DNA of 63,115 nt, counting the filler, from Octopus bimaculoides (lineage: Eukaryota): the NCBI RefSeq assembly GCF_001194135.2. It is 6 parts of 5 records of this genome, joined end to end, with 100 filler letters (N's around TTAATTAATTAA, not from the genome) between each part and the next. Parts side by side here need not be neighbours in the genome. Positions count along the whole stretch, not along the records: positions 59,632 to 63,115 come from NC_068984.1; 5 more parts are not named here. The stretch is one strand, 5' to 3'. How positions within the stretch are numbered: position 1 is the first letter of the stretch; every line of letters starts with the position of its first letter. Both the position numbers and the translations under genes were made by a program. Positions 59,532 through 63,115 of this stretch are shown piece after piece. The notes under the pieces were generated by a model. That model was not told the origin of the DNA. It made no database searches and saw nothing but the letters and a program-made list of their open reading frames with translations.

Positions 59532-59631
59532 NNNNNNNNNNNNNNNNNNNNNNNNNNNNNNNNNNNNNNNNNNNNTTAATTAATTAANNNNNNNNNNNNN
59601 NNNNNNNNNNNNNNNNNNNNNNNNNNNNNNN

Positions 59632-59683
<52 letters not shown>

Positions 59684-60361
59684 GAGTATATATAAAAACA
59701 TATATATATATACATTCATATACGCTTATGTTCACATACGTATACATACACACACTCACACACGCACCCACACACACATACACGCGCGCGCGTATATGTA
59801 GCAAACTGGACGAATCGTTAGAGTGACAGCCATGGATTCCAGTTCTATACTCTTTGAGCTCAATTGTGACTGCCGTCAACTTTGCCACTCATTCTTTCGA
59901 AATTGGTACATAATTTACCCGTCCTGGGCGATGGATTGGACAAAATGCTATTCATTTGCTGTATTTGAGCCAAATGCATTCTATTAGAACGTTCCAAGCG
60001 AATAAGCATGGACTCACGTGACATNNNNNNNNNNGTGTGAGTGTGTCTACTTGTGTGTGTGTATGTGTGTGTACATGCTGGTGCAAAATATCAAATCTGA
60101 GATATTTAGAACATGTAAAATGAAACCGATGTTCTTAAAGAAAAATATGCATATTTAAAAATTATTAGCCATTTAAATAAGCAAGATTACCCGACATTGA
60201 AATAAGTTCCAGGAAATGCTTAGATATATGTAAGATATGTATGCGCAACAGAAACAATAGTCAGGTCAGCTAAGATGATATTGTATATGATAAATTGAGG
60301 CGCAGTGGACAATGGAGTTAATATTAAGCAAATGTTTGGAGAGACGTTGTGCTTGAGAATA

Positions 60362-60369
60362 TAATAATG

Positions 60370-60423
<54 letters not shown>
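60362..60423. repeat. (AAT)n microsatellite
   Basis: Directly visible. Confidence 0.95.
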
Positions 60424-60430
<7 letters not shown>

Positions 60431-63115
60431 CCATGCGAAGAGATAGACAGATAGATAGACAAATACATACATACAGAGAGAGAGGGGGGGGGGAGTAATG
60501 TGGTTATAGGTAAAGAATTCAGTATATTTGATGTCCTCTTTTGCGTTGTCGTGAAAATGCCCCAAACAATTTCATCATTGGAAACATCTAAAATGTATTT
60601 TCGAGACGGAAAATTGAAAAAAAAAAAGAAAAAAAAAAGCAAAAGAAAAGGACATTAAGCTCTAGCTTAGAACATTATGTATAGACCCCTTTGAAATAGG
60701 GGTCTCTACGAAACCGTTCCTAGACGTAGCTAAAACTTCCCCAACGAAGATACTCGACCTCCTGGAAACTAACAAACAAATCTCTCTATAATCGCGTTGT
60801 GTGGTTTGGGCTGTAATTTTCCTAGGGCCTATAGTATTCACTTTTTGACAGCATACAGAGTCCCTAAACTTGTGCTACATCACGAACAACTCCCCAGTGT
60901 GCATATGATTTAAAACAGCTCTGCTAATAATCATAACCTATTTTCGTACATCAGAATCGTTCACGCCACTAAAAAAGGTAGAATGGTCATGGCTGGAATA
61001 ACTTTGATTAGAAATCAAATTGATCATTTATGACCCAGGGCTATATATACTGCTACACTTCTAGATTTATCCTTCAAGAGAGATTGTTAAACGTCTACTT
61101 TAGCCGAGAGTTTCAAACTGACCAATAATAATTTCTCACAGAAACGTGCTTAAAGTACGATGAAAGTTTTGTCAGAGACGACCAAGGAAATGTTTTACAA
61201 TTAATGATTCGTTCAAGTTGGGCATTTGAGCCAAATGCTGGAAATCCAACATACTGTGGTGATAGTTTGTATTATCTTCATTTGAATCATTAGACAACTT
61301 CGTCATATTCTGTTGAAATTTGAGACGTATGTCAACACAAAGCATATACAGTTGACATTAATAGACCCATGAACATGTCAACGCAACTGTATACACACAC
61401 ACGCGTGCGCACACATACACACACATACACACACATACACACACACACACATCTTTCTGAGCCGATTATGCGTTCTATCACTACAAGGAGTTTACTCGCC
61501 TCTAAGCTTTCTGTCAGCCATGTATATACTGTGTACATTATTTTTCTTTTCTCTCGGTTCTTGTTTGTCAACGATATAAATACGAGTGCTTTCCTGCACC
61601 ACGGGTTCGTATCGAAGTAAATAATGCAGCATTTTGTGTTAGAGCACAACAGCCAGATTAAGTTGAAGATAAAAGTTGCCTTTTGGTGTGTGAACACGCC
61701 ATTTTATGTTAAATTAGCCCAAATGGTTTTCTTTCACCTCCGTTTATAACATACTCTTCATAATCTCTTAATCCAAGGCGAATTTTCCGTTGGCTTCGAC
61801 CTAACACTTCTGAAACCTTTGCATAATATTTAAATGTCTTGTACAAAATATTGCAAATATTGCAACTCAGCACGACATTTAACTGAGTTAAGTCTTTCCT
61901 TCTGTAAATGATCTCTTTAATCCCTTTTTATCAAGCACATATATACACACATACAACACACACATATATATATATATAAGATGGAACCTCCCAGCGAAAA
62001 CGACGTGTGAGTGTTCAGTTTTTGCTGAACGAGCTGCACAAATGATTTGCTTATAGTGATCAAATGTATGTAGTGTACATTAGATCACTCCCTTCAGCAA
62101 ATCGACGTTACCTGAGCAGGTGAACGGTATACCACACATCAGGTGTTAAAGTGATCTTAGAGCAACGTGAGAAGAAATGTTTCGCTGGAGAACATAACGC
62201 ATCACTTGGTCCAGAAACTGAAACCACGATCTAGCGATACACGGAAGGATGCTGCTTTGCGTGTGTGTGCGCTCGCTCGCTTGTATAGAGACAGGATTGC
62301 CAAGCAGATAAAATATTGACCTTTTCAGTCATGGGTTTTGTGTTCGTTTTTGCTTCAAGTGTTTCACTGTCATTCTACGCTTAATTCTTTAAAATCGCAT
62401 TTCCTACCAGTTGTGAAGAATAAGTAGTAGATCGTTTATGATTATCTCAGTAAATTGTTATTCAGTCCAGAATGGGATTAATCTTTGATACGTTTAATTC
62501 AAATGAATCCGGATTTGAGCGTTGGTTTTATGAGCCAACATCGCTAGTAACAAAAACACACATACATACTACACAGACGAACTCACACATATATACACAT
62601 GTGCGTGTGCATACACACAGATACACCCACATTCACACAGACGTATGCAAACATTGTTAAGATTTTTACTTATAAAAGAAGGGATAATGAAACACAGTCT
62701 ACATTGAATACGTACATACACTCACACGCTCACACGCACAAACATACACACATACACGGGCATACGCATATGTGTATGTAATGGCGGATAATTTGGTAGA
62801 ATCTTTAAAACATCGATTTTGTAGTAATTGTAGCTCTGCACACCGATTTCAAATTTCACCGTGGTCAACTTTGTATTCATTTTTCGAGTTCAAATTGAGT
62901 GCCAGCCCAATGCTGGCGTCCTTTCAGCGATTTTTGTAACCCACTACTTTTTTGTCTGTTTCCTTCTCTCCTGGAAAAAATCAACAGGTCAGACCTCGAG
63001 ATGGTCGTCTAAAATGCCTCAAGACAGGCCGTATGTCACAACTCGTGGATGGTGTCGGAGAGGTGCCACCGAGGAGTTAATGCCCTTTAGTATGGCTTAT
63101 ATTTTATATATATAT

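Noticed and set aside
61332-61697. ORF with YTVYTWL...ASKLLVVIERII, faintly like GPCR TM3
   Set aside because: The similarity is limited to a few residues, there is no further TM pattern, and the ORF runs into a (TG)n microsatellite.
31013-62800. Long ORFs made of X runs, or of YI/CV/HT/poly-L/poly-R/RE repeats
   Set aside because: Translations of N gaps and microsatellites.

Overview
AT-rich, microsatellite- and SINE-dense metazoan genomic DNA. It is most consistent with a coleoid cephalopod (Octopus-like): the organism is inferred from the repeat families and tandem C2H2 genes, not proven. The first ~30.6 kb is a cluster of six poly-C2H2 zinc-finger genes with no recognisable KRAB, SCAN or BTB domain. 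Each CDS appears to be uninterrupted by introns. Labels used here: ZNF-A 3538-4596(-), ZNF-B 7473-8618(-), ZNF-C 11212/11983-13965(-), ZNF-D 17971-19830(-), ZNF-E ~24824-26302(-), ZNF-F 29372-~30364(+). A, B, C, E and F form one subfamily. They share an 'MEDGN..SD..DSVKQ' leader and a conserved splice acceptor upstream of the ATG; a conserved upstream non-coding module accompanies A, B, C and E, with a fifth copy left of A. D is a different subfamily. The cluster shows an offset tandem duplication (A/B), a head-to-head inverted duplication (E/F), gain and loss of finger blocks, divergence biased toward DNA-contact residues, and an in-frame TAA in ZNF-C followed by nine intact fingers. From 30957 onward the window is a series of blocks joined by artificial N44-TTAATTAATTAA-N44 spacers. 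That part holds mostly TE relics: two CR1-like LINEs, a DD37E/TRT-like Tc1 transposase, a Penelope GIY-YIG fragment, hammerhead-ribozyme-like motifs, palindromes and simple repeats, plus a candidate Gly/Cys- and Asp-rich exon. No rRNA, true tRNA or CRISPR array was seen. All alignments and counts were done by eye.
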